Source: Squalus acanthias
Taxonomy: Eukaryota
NCBI GenBank assembly: GCA_030390025.1
Contig: JASTWF010000034.1
Location: 248,001-312,000 of the forward strand
DNA: 64,000 nucleotides
Direction of reading: 5' to 3'
The notes under the pieces were generated by a model. The model saw nothing but the letters and a program-made list of their open reading frames with translations. It was not told the DNA's origin and ran no database searches. The translations under genes were made by a program, and so were the position numbers. Every line of letters begins with the position of its first letter. Within the stretch, counting starts at the first letter, position 1. Shown here in pieces: positions 38,987 through 52,343 of this stretch.

Positions 38987-41900
38987 AATTAAAGTCCTCA
39001 ACATGACCCGACTACAGGCTTTTTATAATTCCTGAATAATGCTGGTGTTTTGGACAGTGTGATGATTTTATCGGTGAAGTGAAATGCGCGCTGGCCATTT
39101 TAATTCACTTTACTGGGGTTCTGAGTGTGGAGTTCTCTCTGTCTCTCACTCTATTCCCTCTGTCTCTCAATTTCGCTCCATTTTCCTTGTCTCTCAATTT
39201 CTCTATTTAACCCTTAAATACGTAAACAATGCCGCCCACAGCAAGAGGATTTGTCCATATTATAAATGGTGACAAAGAAACATTTCAGAGTACATTTCAA
39301 TCAGGACAAAATCCGAGATAGGGAGAAATAAATGGGAGAGAGAGAGAGGGAGAGGCAGAGGCAGAGACACAGAGAGTTGACTGGGATAAACACAATTTTA
39401 ATTCATTTTACTGAGGTTCTGAGTGTGGATTTCTCTGTGTCTCTCTTTCTACATCTTTCCTTCTGTCTGTCTCTTTCTCTCCCTCTGTCTCTCTCTCTCT
39501 TTCTCTCTCCGTGTCTTTCTCTCTCTCTCTCTCTTTCTCTCCCTGTCTGTCTGTCTCTCTCTCAATCTCTCTCTTTCTCTCCCTCTGTCGATCTCTCTCT
39601 ATCTCTCCCTCTCTCTGTATCCCTCTTTCTCACCCTCTCCCTCTGTCGGTCTCTTTCAGCCTTAACTCTGTTTAAAAAATGACAGAAAGCAATGATATAT
39701 TTCTTATTTCAAATTTTTTGTCTTTCAATACTGCTGTGCAGCGCCTTGGGACGTTTTAATATGTTAAAGGCGCTGTATAAATACAAGTTGTTGATGACTC
39801 AATTTCTCTCCTCTTTCCCTCTGTCTCTCTTTCTCTCCACCTTTGACTGTCTCTCAATTTCTCTATTTAACCATTTAATACGTAAACAGTGCCGGCCACA
39901 ACAATTGAATTTGTCGTTATTTTAAATGGTGAGACAGAATAATTTCAGAGTAAATTTCAATCACGATTAAATCCGAGATAGGGAGAAATAGAAGGGAGAG
40001 AGAGAGAGAGATACAGAGGGAGAGACACAGAGAGTTGACTGGGATAAACACCATTCATTTAACTGTGGTTCTGAGTGTGGATATCTCTGTCTCTCTCTTT
40101 CTTCATCTTCCCTTCTGTCCGGCTCTTTCTCGCCCTCTGTCTGTCTCTCTCTCCCTCTGTCTGTCTCTCTGCCTCATTATGTCTGTCTCTCTCCCTCCCT
40201 CTGCATGTCTCTCTCCCTCCCTCAGTCTGTCTCTCTCTATCTCTCGCTCTGTCTGTCTCTCTCTATATCTCCCTCTGCCTGTCTCTCTCTTTCTCTCCCT
40301 CTGTCTGTCTCTCTCTATATCTCTCTGTCTGTATCACTTTTTTTACCCTCTCCCTCTATCTGTCTCTTTCAACTTTAACTATGTGTAAAAAATGACATAC
40401 AGCAATGAGATATTTACATTCTCTCCATTTTTGACTGCCTCTCAATTTCTCTATTCTACCCTTTAATAAGTAAAAATGCCGTCCACAAAAATTGGATTTG
40501 TCGTTGTTTTAAACGGTGAGCCAGAAATATGTCAGAGTACATTTCAATCAAGATTAAATCCAAGATAGGGAGAAATAAATGGGGGAGAAAGAAAGAGAGA
40601 CAGAGGGAGACAGAAACAGGGAGAGAGAGAGAGAGAGGCAGAGGGAGAGACACAGAGAGAGTTGACTGGGTTAAACACACAGGGAGAGACACAGGCTCTG
40701 GGGTTCTCCAGTGTGCAGTCACTGCCCAGCTCCCAGCCTCTGCAGAAAAGCCCCTCTGTCACACCGTTCACGAATGTCAAGATTCAAAAATAAATCCCGG
40801 GACGGTGATTTTAATAAGTGTCCCATAGGAATCAGCAGCTTAATGCCAGTTTAAAGAGAGAATTTCGACCTTTCTGGGGAGTGAGAGGATGTTCCCAGCC
40901 TTGGAATACACACCCCTGAGGGGTAGGAGGTTACAGCGGGCGCGATGGGAGAGGGCGAGGAAGGGGAAGAAGTAGGTCCCATTCCCCACTTGCTCCATCC
41001 AATATCTCTGCGAGCTTGGGTGTGAGCTGTGGGTGGAATCACTGGGAACTGTTCTTGGCCTCGCTCCTGTGTGGGGTCTGTGGTTTCTCTCTCTATCTTC
41101 TTCTGTATCGCTTACTGCATATAGTTACCTACCTCTCTCTCTCTCTCCTGGTGTCTCTCTATCACTACACAGAGTTACACACCTTTCTCTCCCTCTCCCT
41201 CTCCCTCTCCTGGTGTCTCTCTATCACTGCACAGTTACACGCCTCTCTCTCTCCCTCTCCTGGTGTCTCTCTATCACTACACAGAGTTACACAACTTTCT
41301 CTCCCTCTCCCTCTCCTGGTGTCTCTCTATCACTACACAGAGTTCCACACATTTCTCTCTCTCTCCCCCTGTTGGTGTGTCTCTATCAGGGCACACTCAG
41401 TTGCATGCCTATCGCTACCTCCCTCTGCTGGTGTCTCTCTCTGATGTCCTGAGGCCAACATTTATCTCTCAACCAACATCACTCAAACCAATCATCTGGT
41501 TACTAACACATTGTTGTTTGTGGGAGCTTGATGTGGACAGATTGGCTGCCGCGTTTGCTGTAGAGCGCTCCTGAGTTTGTGATATTTAAGTCCTCCATGT
41601 GAACCCGTGCAAAGGCTTGTTATTCCAGAAAAATGCAGGTGTTTTGGGCGATGCGATGATTTTGTCGGTTAAATGAGATGCGTGGTGGCCATTTTAATTC
41701 ATTTTACTGGGGTTCTGAGTGTGGATTTATTACTGTGTATATTTCACTCCATCTTGCTCTGTGTCTCTCTCCATCTTTCTCTGTTATGTGGCTCGATGTC
41801 AAATTTTGTTTTATAACACTCCTGTGAAGCGCCCTGGGAGGTATTACTACATTAAAGGCACTATACAAATATACATTGTTGTTGTTGTCTCTCTCCAGCT

Positions 41901-43099
41901 TTCCCCGTCTCCCTCTCTGAACCTTTAACATCTGAAAAATGCTGCACACAGCAATGTGAGTTGTCGTCATTTCAAATGGTAGATATAAACATTTCAGAGT
42001 ACATTTCAATCAAGATTAAAGCTGTGATAGAGAGAAAGAAATAGAGCGAGAGCAGATGATTGAAAGAAAGGGAAATAGGGACAGAGATGGGGACCTCGAT
42101 AGGAACAGAGAGAGGGGGAGTGAAAATGAAAGCGAGGGAGAGAGAGATAGGGGCAGAAAGAGAGAGGGGGAGAGAGAGAGAGTGAGAGAGAGGGGGACAC
42201 AGATGGACGTGACTGTTAAATCTTCAGAAGTGGGAGATGCACTGTAACATTTAATGCACACACAGCACCAATCCTGGGCCGAGCGGGTACAGGGGACAGG
42301 GAGAGGGAGAGACACGGGGATCGCCAGTGTTTGTGTTTTTACAATGAGACAGAGACAGATGGTGAGATAGGCAGAGAGAACGAAACGGAGAGGCAGAAAG
42401 TCAGTGGGAATAAAAGATAAAGAGAGAGAGGGAGGGAGAAAGAGAGACACAGAGGGAGAGGGAGAGAGAGAGAGAGAGAGAAGGAGATAGAGAAACAAAG
42501 GGAGAGAAGGAGACAGCGAGACAGGGAGAGAGAGAGTAAGACACTCACAAACAGACAGAAACCGAGGGAGAGAGAGACAGGGAGAGAGAGACAGACAGAG
42601 AGGAGGAGTTGACTGGGTTAAACACACAGGCTCTGGATAGGCTGGGGCTGTTTTCTTTGGAATAGAGGAGCCTGAGGCAGATTAAATGGAGGTTAATAAA
42701 ATTATGAGGGGCCTAGATGTAGTGGATGGGAAGGATCTATTTCCTAAAAAGGGCTCCAAGAGGAAAGTGAAGTCCTCAACGGGAACCCGTGCTTGTTATA
42801 ATTCCAGAATAATGCTGGTGTTTTGGGCAGTGCGATGATTTTGACGGTTAAGTGAGATGCGCGGTGGCCATTTTAATTCATTTTAATGAGGTTCTGAGTT
42901 TGGATTTCTCTCTGTCTCTCTCTCTCTTCCCTCTGTCTCTCAATGTCTCTCCATTTTCCTTCTCTCTCAATTTCTCTACTTAGCACTGTAAACAATGCCG
43001 CCCACAGCAATTGGATTTGTCGTTATTTCAAATGGTGAGACAGAAACATTTCAGAGTACCTTTCAGTCACGATTAAATCCGAGATAGGGAGAAATAAAT

Positions 43100-43170
43100 G
43101 GGAGCGAGAGAGCGAGCGAGGAACAGGGAGAGAGAGAGAGGAACCAGGAGAGAGAGAGAGATAAACCGCG

Positions 43171-43202
<32 letters not shown>

Positions 43203-46000
43203 TGGGAAAGAGAGATAGAGAGAAACCGGGAGAGAGAGAGACAGAGAGAACAGAAACCAGGAGAGTGAGAGAGAGAGAGAGAAACCAAGAGAGAGAGAGA
43301 GAAAGGAACAGGGAGAGAGAGACACACACAGAGAGAGAAACCATGAGAGAGAGAGAGAGAGAAACCGGGCGAGAGAGAGAAAGGATCAGGGAGAGAGAGA
43401 GACACACACACACACAGAAACCATGAGAGAGAGAGAGAGAGAAACCAGGCAAGAGAGAGAAAGGAACAAGGAGAGAGAGACACACACAGAGAGAGAAACC
43501 ATGGGAGGGAGAGAGAGAGAGAGAGAGACCAGCAGAGAGAGAGAGAGGCAGAGAGAGAAATCAGAAGAGAGAGAGAGAGAAACCAGAAGAGGGAGAGAGA
43601 GAGAGAGAACCTGGGAGAGAGAGGGTGATAGAAACCAGGAGACAGAGAGAGAAAGGAAAAGGGAGAGAGAGACACACACGGAGAGAGAAACCAAGAGAGG
43701 GAGAGAAACCGGGCGAGAGAGCGAGAGAAAGGAACAGGGAGAGAGAGACACACACAGAGAGAGAAACCAGGAGAGAGAGAGAGAGAAAGGAACAGGGAGA
43801 GAGAGAGAGACACAGATAAACAGAGAGAGAAACTGGGAGAGAGAGAGAGACAGACAGAGAGAGAAACTGGGAGAGAGGGAGAGATACAGAGAGTGAAACT
43901 GGGAGAGAGAGAACAACCGGGAGAAAGAGAGAGAGAGAGAGAGAAACTGGGAGAGAGAGAGACAGAGGGCGAGAGAAAAGCCGGGAGAGAGAGAGAGAAA
44001 CTGGGAGAGAGAGAGAAATTGGGAGAGAGAGAGAGAGGAATTTGGAGAGAGAGAGAGGGACAAAGGGAATAGTGAGAGAAACTGGGAGAGAGAGAGAGAA
44101 ACAAGGAGAGAGAGAGAGAGAAACTGGGAGAGAGAGAAACTGGGAGAGAGAGAGAAACTGGGAGAGAGAAACTGGGAGAGAGAGGGAGACAGAGAGAGAA
44201 AGGGTGGGAGTGAGAGAGTGAAACTGGGAGAGAGAGAGAGCGAAACCTAGAGAGAGAAAGAGAGAGAGAGAGATAAAAGGAGAGAGAGACAGAGAGAGAA
44301 ACTGCGAGAGAGAGAGAGAAACCGGGAGAGAGAGAGAGACAGAGAGAGAAACTGGGAGACAGAGAGATAAACTGGGAGACAGAGAAAAACTGGAAGAGAG
44401 AGAGAGAAACTGGGAGAGAGTGACAGAGAGAGAAAGAGAAAGAAATTGGGAGAGAGAGAGAGAAAAACTGGGATAGAGAGAGAGAGAGAGAGAAACCTGG
44501 AGAGAGAGAGAGAGAGAAACAGAGAGAAATAGAAACCAGTAGAAAGAGAGAGACACATAAGAGAAACCAGAAGAGAGTGAGTGAGAGAGAGACAAGGAGA
44601 GAGAGAGAAAAAGGAACAGGGAGAGAGAGACACAGAGAGAGAGAAAAAAATCAGGAGAGAGAGAGAGAGTGAGAAACCGAGAGAGAGAGAGAGAACTTGA
44701 GAGTGAGAGAGATAAACTGGGAGAGAGAGAGAGTCCGAGAGAGAAACTGGGAGAGAGAGACAGACAGAGAGAGAAACTGGGAGAGAGAGAGATAAAAACC
44801 GGGAGAAAGAGAGAGAGAGAGAGAAACTGAGAGAGAGAGAGAGAGAGACAGAGGGAGAGAGAGAAGCTGGGAGAGAGAGAGAAAAACTGGGAGAAAGAGA
44901 GAGAAATTGGTCGAGAGAGAGAAATTGGGAGAGAGAGAGACAGAGGGTAGAGAGAGAAACTAGGAGAGAGAGAGACAGACAGACAGAGAGAGAAACTGGG
45001 AGAGAGAGCGAGAGAGAGACAGAGAGTGAAACTGGGAGAGAGAGAACCGGGGAGAAAGAGAGAGAGAGAGAGAAACTGGGAGAGAGAGAGAGAGACAGAG
45101 GGAGAGAGAAAAGCTGGGAGAGAGAGAAATTGGGAGAGAGAGGGAGAAATTGGGAGAGAGAGAGACAGAGGGAAGAGAGAGAAACTGGGAGAGAGAGAGA
45201 GAGATAAACCGAAAGAGAGAGAGATAAAAGGAGAGAGAGGGAGACAGAGAGAGAAACTGGGAGAGAGAGAGAGAGAGACCGGGAGAGAGAGATAAACTGG
45301 GAGAGAAAGAGAGAGAAACCGGGAGAGAGAGAGACAGACAGAGAGAGACACTGGGAGAGAGAGAAAAACTGGGGGAGAGAGACAGAGAAAGACAGAGAAA
45401 GAAACTGGGGTGGAGAGATAGAGAAACATAACCCGGAGAGAGAGAGAGAGACAGAGAGAAAGAGAAACCGGGAGAAAGAGCTAGACATAGCGAGAGAAAC
45501 CAGAAGAGAGTGAGAGAGAGAGAAACAAGGAGAGAGAAAGAAAGTAACAGGGAGAGAGAGAGACAGAGAAAGAGAGAGAAATCAGGAGAGAGAGAGAGAG
45601 AGAAACCGAGAGAGAGAGAAAGAGAGAGAGACCTTGTGAGAGAGAGAGAGAGTATCCAGGAGAGAGAGAGATAAACCAGGAGAGAGAGAGAGAGATCGAG
45701 AGAGAAACTGGGAGAGAGAGAGAGACAGACAGAGGGAGAGAGAGAAGCTGGGAAAGAGAGTGAAAAACTGGGAGAGAGAGAGAGAGAAATTGGGAGAGAG
45801 AGAGAGAGACAGAGAGAAACTGAGAGAGAGAGAGAAACTGGGAGAGAGAGAAACTGGGAGAGAGATAAACTGGGAGAGAGAGGGAGAAACTGGGAGAGAT
45901 AGAGAGAGAAAGGGAGAGAGAGAGATAAAAAAGAGAGAGAGAGACAGAGAGAGAAACTGGGAGAGAGAGAGAGAGAAACTGGGAGAGAGATAGAGAGAGA
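43100..46000. repeat. ~2.9-kb GA-rich complex microsatellite (polypurine on + strand)
   Basis: (GA)n punctuated by aaactggg / aaaccagg. Confidence 0.97.
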
Positions 46001-46272
46001 GGGGTTGACTGGGTTAAACACACAGGGAGAGGCACAGGCTCTGGGGGTCTCCAATGTTTAGTCACTGCCCCGCTCCCAGCGTCTGCAGAAAAGCCCCTCT
46101 GTCACATCCTTCCAGAATGTCAAGATTCAAAAATCAATCCCAGGACGGCGATTTTAATAAGTGTCCCAAAGGAATCAGCAGCTTAATCCCTTTTAAAAGA
46201 GGGGTTCGCACTTTCTGGGGAGTGCGGGGATGTTCCCAGCCTTGGAATACACGCCGCCGTGGCCATTTTAAT

Positions 46273-46980
46273 GGGCCAAAAATTGATCCCGCTGCGCGAG
46301 TACGTATTCTCTCTCCAATTGCACTGCGCATGCGCTGAAAACCGGCACTTGGTCTTTGGAAAAGGGGGCGGTTCCTCGGTGCACAGCGTGCGCGCTACAG
46401 GCTGCGCGCACGCTGTGCACTTAGTGCTTTGGACGCGCAGGTAAGGACCGAAGATTTTAGAAACGAAAAAAGGAGGAGTAAGACCCACTTTTAACAAGGT
46501 AAGTAGTGAATTAAGTATTATTTTGAATTTTTTTTAACAGGTATATCTTTTTTAGAGACTTTAAAGACAGGTAAGTTTATTTTTATAAATTTTTAAAAGA
46601 TTTTAAATTTTTTCAAAAATTTAATTTTTTATTTAAAATGGTTAATTTATTTAACTATACTTATTTTATTAATGTGATGGTTTTTTTTAAATTTAATTGA
46701 GGTTTAGCTGTTATTTTGGGGGTGTGTAAGATTCATAGCTTTCAAAGCACGTATGTGAAACTTATGAATGGAAGATGGTGTGCTGCCATTGGCTCTAACT
46801 GAGTCACGTGATCCCACAGCTCGCACGAATTCACTGCGCCGGTGGGATACGCAAGCACTGCCCAGCTGATGTCTAGAACATCAAGTTCGTGCGAGCTGGA
46901 TCTGAAAAAGCCAACGCGGAGTGAGAGATCGCGCCTGCTCCATACCCCCGCGGGAACAGAGCGAGATCAATTTCTGGGCC
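46273..46980 (+). mobile_element. MITE copy 3
   Basis: gggccaaaaattgatcccg .. cgagatcaatttctgggcc; flanks AAT/ATT (one mismatch). Confidence 0.9.
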
Positions 46981-47369
46981 ATTGAGTTTCTGAGTGTGCC
47001 ATTATTTCTGAGTCTCTCTGCACCTCTTTCTGTATCTCTCTCTGATCCCACATTGCCCGGTTTAAAATATTGCCTCTATTGTTTGTTTCAATTTCTCAGT
47101 CCCTCTCACTGATTCTGTATATTCTGTATATTAGTTTCAGTATCTGTTACTCTCACCCTCTCTGTATCTTCACCCGTTCTCTTCTGTTTAACAGAGGGAG
47201 GGAACAGAAGAGAAAGCGCCGGGGTTCGTGTGGGACCAGTGTTTGATATTTTCACAAGTGCCAGAGGTGAAGGTTTTAAATCAGCAAAAAAAAAGTCCTG
47301 GTCAGAGCAGTGCTGCCCTGGGCTATTAAGGGATTAACATATCAATGGACAAGGCAGAATCAGAAAGGT

Positions 47370-49957
47370 ACAAAAGCAAAATACTGCGCATGCTGGAAAT
47401 CTGAAATAAAAACCGAAAATGCAGCAAATACTCAGCAGGTCAGGCAGCATCGGTGGGAAGGACGGAGGTAGCAAATGCCTGAGCCTCATCCCCTTACGCC
47501 CCCATATGAATGAATTTCGAGCTCGGCACGATGCTGAGCTCTTTTTCCGCTGCCTTCGCCTCCGTGCCCACTTCTTTGGCCAGGGGTCTTCCCCTCGCAC
47601 AGCTGACCCTTTCTCCCATTTTCAGAATTCTCGTTCTACCTTAACCTCTCGAGATCTTTTCATTGCAAACTGCCGGCGTGACATCGGCCGTCTCTGCTCC
47701 GCTCATTCACTCCAACCTACCTCCCTTTGAACTTGCAGCACTCCATTCTCTCAGATCCAACTCCAACATTGTCAGTAAACGTGCTGACAAGGGTGGTGCT
47801 GTGATTGTTTGGCGAACCGACCTCTACCAAGCGGTGGCTGAACGCCAACTCGCTGACACATCCTCCTACCTCCACCTGGTCCATGACCCCACTACCGAAC
47901 ATCAAGCCATCGTTTCCAAGACCGTCACTGACCACATCTCCTCTGGAGATCTTCCCTCCACGGCCGCCAACACATAGTTCCCCAACCCCGCACAGCCCGC
48001 TTCTACCTCCTTACCTAGATCCACAAACAGGACTGCCCTGGGAGACCCATCGTTTCAGCCTGTTTTTGCCCCACGGAACTTATCTCTTCCTATCTCGACT
48101 CTATTTTTTCTCCCCTTGTCCAATCTCTTCCCACCCACATCCGCAACTCTCCCGATGCCCTCAACCAATTTAACATTTTCCAGTTTTCTGGCCCCAACCA
48201 ATCCTTTTCACTATGGACGTCCAATCCCTCTACAACTCTATCGCCCTCCAGGATGGCCTGAGGGCGCTCCGCTTCTTCCTTGAACACAGCCCCAACCAGT
48301 CCCCATCCACCACCACCCTCCTCCGCCTGGATGAACTTGTTCTCACATTGAACAACTTCTCTTTTGTGCCACTCACTTCCTCCAAATTAAAGGCGTTGCT
48401 ATGGGAACCCACATGGGTCCTAGCTATGCCTGCCTTTTCGTGGGATATGTGGAACATTCTTTGTCCCAGTCCTACTCAGGTCCCCTCCCTCACCTTTTTT
48501 CCCGGTACATTGATGACTTTATCGGTACTGTATCCTGCTCTCGCTCAGAACTAGAAAATTTCATTCACTTTGCTTCCAATTTCCACCCTTCTCTCAACTT
48601 CACATGCTCCATCTCCGACTCTTTTCTTCCCTTCCTCGACTTCTCCGTCTCCATCTCTGGGGATATGCTATTGACAAAGATTCACTACAAGCCCACTGAC
48701 TCCCACAGCTACCTGGACTACACTTCCTCACACGCCGCTTCCTGTAAGGGCTCTATTCTATTCTCCCAGTTTCTCCATCTCCACCGCATCTGATCTGACG
48801 ATGCCACCGTCTATATTAGTGTTTCCAACATGCCTTCCTTTTTCCTCAACCGAGGATTCCCCTCTGCTGTGGTTGACATGGCCCTTGACCGTGTCCGTTC
48901 TATTTCCTGCACCTCTGCTCTCACCCCCTTCCCCTCCCTCCCGGAACCACGATAGTGTTCTCATTGTCCACACATTTCACCCCACCAGCCTCCACATTCA
49001 ACGGATCATCCTCCGCCATTACCGCCACCTCCAGCGTGATCCCACCACCAAACACATCTTCCACTCACATTCCCTTTCAGCATTCCGAAGGGACCGCTCA
49101 CTCTGCGACACCCTGGTCCACTCCTCTATCACCCCCAACACCCCTTCCCCTTCGCACGGCACCTTCCCGTGCAAGCGCAGGAAATGCAACACATACCTTT
49201 GACATCCACCCTTCCCATTGTCCAGGGCCCCAAAACCTCCTTCCAGGTGAAACAGCGATGAACTTGTACTTCTTGCAATTTAGTATACTGTATTCGCTGC
49301 TCACGATGCAGTCTCCTCTACATTGGGGAGACCAAACGCAGATTGGGTGACCGCTTTGCGGAACACTTCCATTCAATCCGTAAGTGTGACCCCAAGCTTC
49401 CGGTCGCCTGTCACTTTAATTCTTCGCTCCACTCCTACTCTGACCTCACCGTCCTCGGCCTCTTACACTGTTTAAATGAAGCTCAACGGAAGCTCGAGGA
49501 ACAGCATCTTATCTTTCGATGAGGTACACTTCCAACCTTCTGGACTCAACATAGAGTTCAACAATTTCAGAACATGAACTCTGCCCCAATCCTTTTTTGT
49601 TTTACTCTCTTTTATGGCAGCTGTCTTTCATTCTGCCAGTGTCATTTACACTTCATCTTGAACCATCTTTTGTTTCTTAACTTGTCCCATTAATATCTCC
49701 TTTTGCCTTGCACCATCTCTTTATCTCTCTTAATCTCTCTTAATCTCTCCTGCCTTCCATCATATCACAGACCTTCCTTTTTGTTCTTTCCTCCCCTCCC
49801 CCCTTTCCCTGTCCCGACACTTGCTTAAAAATCTTTTCCATCTCTAGCTTTTTCCAGTTCTGACGAAGGGGCATCGACCTGAAACGTTAACTCTGTTTCT
49901 CTCTCCACCGATGCTGCCTGACCTGCTGAGTATTTCCAGCATTTCCTGTTTTTATTT
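47370..49957 (+). mobile_element. Penelope-like retroelement (RT + GIY-YIG), decayed
   Basis: RADKGGAVIVW, MDVQSLYNSI, MGTHMGPSYA, RYIDD, LPFLD, LYIGETKR; inverted terminal segment ~47396-47455 vs ~49905-49960; 15-bp TSD CAGAATCAGAAAGGT (47355-47369, 49958-49972). Confidence 0.95.
49856..49892 (+). ncRNA. Minimal hammerhead ribozyme motif
   Basis: AGTT-CTGACGA-aggggcatcgacct-GAAAC-GTT-AACT; stem II weakened. Confidence 0.65.
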
Positions 49958-50689
49958 CAGAATCAGAAAGGTGTCCTGGTCAAACCAGTCTGTTTAACGT
50001 GTCAGAGCAGTGCTGCCCTGGGCTATTAAGGGATTAACATATCAAAGGACAAGGCAGAATCAGAAAGGTGTGCTAGATTAACATGTCACTGGGCAGAAAC
50101 CGGGCAGAAAGACACTTCCGAACGGCGGGAGGGAGCAGCTCCAGCCCAGTCTACAAACTGCTGAGCTGGGATCGGGGGTCCCAATCCCAATACCAATACC
50201 CACCCCACTTTCTCCAGGGGAGGCGAACACACCTCAAGCCTTGTTCCGCCTGTGTGTGTGTGTGTCCTCAACCCCGCTCGTCAATCTTGTTCCTCTTGAC
50301 ATTCTCTGAGTTTATAACTGGGATGGACCTGATGCTGAGAGATTGTCCCTGGACCTGAGCGAGCGAGAGTGAAGGGGCCTGGGCTCTTGCTGTGTAGTTT
50401 ATTTTTTATTTCATTGCTGGCTTTGTTTTAATCAATTTCAATTTCTCTCTCTCCCCCGAGTAGAATTTCAATGGAAGCTGCAAGGTGACGATGCAGAGAG
50501 AGAGAGAGTATTTTGGATGTGGAATCCTTGGGTAAGAGCTTCCTTCAGAGGGGAGTGACTGAAGCCCCTCAGCACCGGCTGACCCCAATGTGTCTGTTTA
50601 TCACCCCGGGATTCATTTCCGTCGCTTGCTCCCCCAATCGCCAAATGCAAATTCTACATCTTTCTGCCCCTCCCTCTCTCTCTCTCCCA

Positions 50690-51200
50690 CTGTGGAAAAG
50701 GCGCTTAAAATGACATACAAGATACTTTCCTTTATTAGCCGAGGAATATGGAATACAAGAGCAGGGAAGTTGTGCTACAACTGTATCAAACGCTAATTAG
50801 GCCACAGCTAGAGTACTGTGTACAGTTCTCGTCACATTACAGGAAAAATGTGATTGCACTAGAGAGGGTACAGAGGAGATTCACAGGGATGTTGCTGGGA
50901 CTGGAGAGTTTGAGGAAAGTTTGGATAGGCTGGGTTTGCTTTCTTTGGAATAGGGGAGACTGAGGGAGATTAATTAGAGTTGTATAACATTATGATGGGC
51001 CGAGATAGAGTGGATGGGAAGGACTGATTTCCCTCAGCAGTGAATTGAATAACAAGGGGATATATATGCACTTGAAGTGCCGTAACCTATGAGGCGACAA
51101 ACCAAGAGCAGGAAAGTGGAATTAGGCTGGATAGCTTTATAAATCGGCCGGCACAGACACGATGGGCCAAATGTCCTCCTTCTGTGCCGTAACCATGTAT
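50690..51200 (+). mobile_element. CR1 3' fragment
   Basis: LYQTLIRPQLEYCVQF, ALERVQRRF; tail. Confidence 0.85.
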
Positions 51201-52343
51201 GATTCCCTATCTCTGTACCCATTTCACCATCTCTCTGTCCCTTACAGTCTGGGACCAGTGACAGAGACACACGCAGACCGTTCAGTTAGAGGCACCTGTC
51301 CCTGTAGAAACATTAGGGGTTGAATTTCCACAGGGAGTTCTATAGATCGCCCAATGTAAGCTGTATATCCCAATATCCATCTCCCTTCCTCTCCAGTCAC
51401 ACCTCTGTATCTGCACATCTTTCTTTATATCTCTGCCTCTCCATCTCTTTCTCTGTATCTACATCACTCTGTCTTTCTCTATATCTCCAACTCTCTATTT
51501 CTGAATCCCTCTACCTAACTCTCTCTGCAGCTCTCTCCCTCTCTCTTTGTCTATCTGCCTATCTCTTTCTACCCTCTTTCTTTTTTGAATCTAAGTTTCT
51601 CTGCCTTCTGGTCTCTGTTCCTCTCACTGGTTCTGGCTCACTGTCTGTCTCTGCTATTCCCTATCTAGCTCCCTCTCTCACTTTGCTCTGCTCCATGGCC
51701 TTCTTTCTTTCAGTATCTCTGTTTTCTGCTCCTCAGTCCCTCTCACTGTGCTGGATGTTGACTTGGTGCCACAGTGTGAACCCGGTGATAATGACCCGGG
51801 ATCCCGCGTTACATCCCTCCCGAGGTTTATTTCCATCGATATAAAAATAGGGAGAGATGTGAAACGAGCTGCTGGTTCACAATCACCCGGTTTGATCTAT
51901 AGCTCCAAGTCAAAATCTACCCCAATGTTTCTTTCCCTCTCTATGTCTCTACTCACTGACTGTCTCTGCCTCTCTCCTGTAAATGGAGTCCTTCGTCAAC
52001 CAATGTTTCTGTGTCACTTCTCTGTTCAGGTGTAAGGGACACTCAGCTCAGGTTTTGATTCCCTGTACACTGATGGGGGTTCGGAGTGGGAACACTTTTC
52101 TGCACTAAGGGATGCGTCTAGAGCTGGGATTGTGCTGTGTGCAAAAGGTCGGGAATGCCAGTCAGCCTCTGCATGTCTCCATCTCTTGCTCCATGTCTGC
52201 CCCTCTGATCTCTAATCTCCGCCCCCCCCCCCCCACCACCACCCAACAGATCTCAATCTCTCTCCGCCTGTATGCCCAGGCTTCTCAATCACTCTCCAAT
52301 TAGGTTCCAGCCACTCACTATAAAGCCACTGAGTGAGCGGCGA

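Larger units (their letters stand above)
37700..46270. repeat. Mosaic of locally duplicated modules separated by CT/GA microsatellites
   Basis: Module A at ~37718, 38990, 41585, 42770; module B at ~38328, 39228, 39885, 40475, 41937, 42993; module C at ~40660, 46004. Confidence 0.85.

Noticed and set aside
43023..46065. Very long Ser/Leu or Arg/Glu ORFs (up to 622 aa)
   Set aside because: Stop-free by composition of the (GA/CT)n tract; no domain or splice evidence
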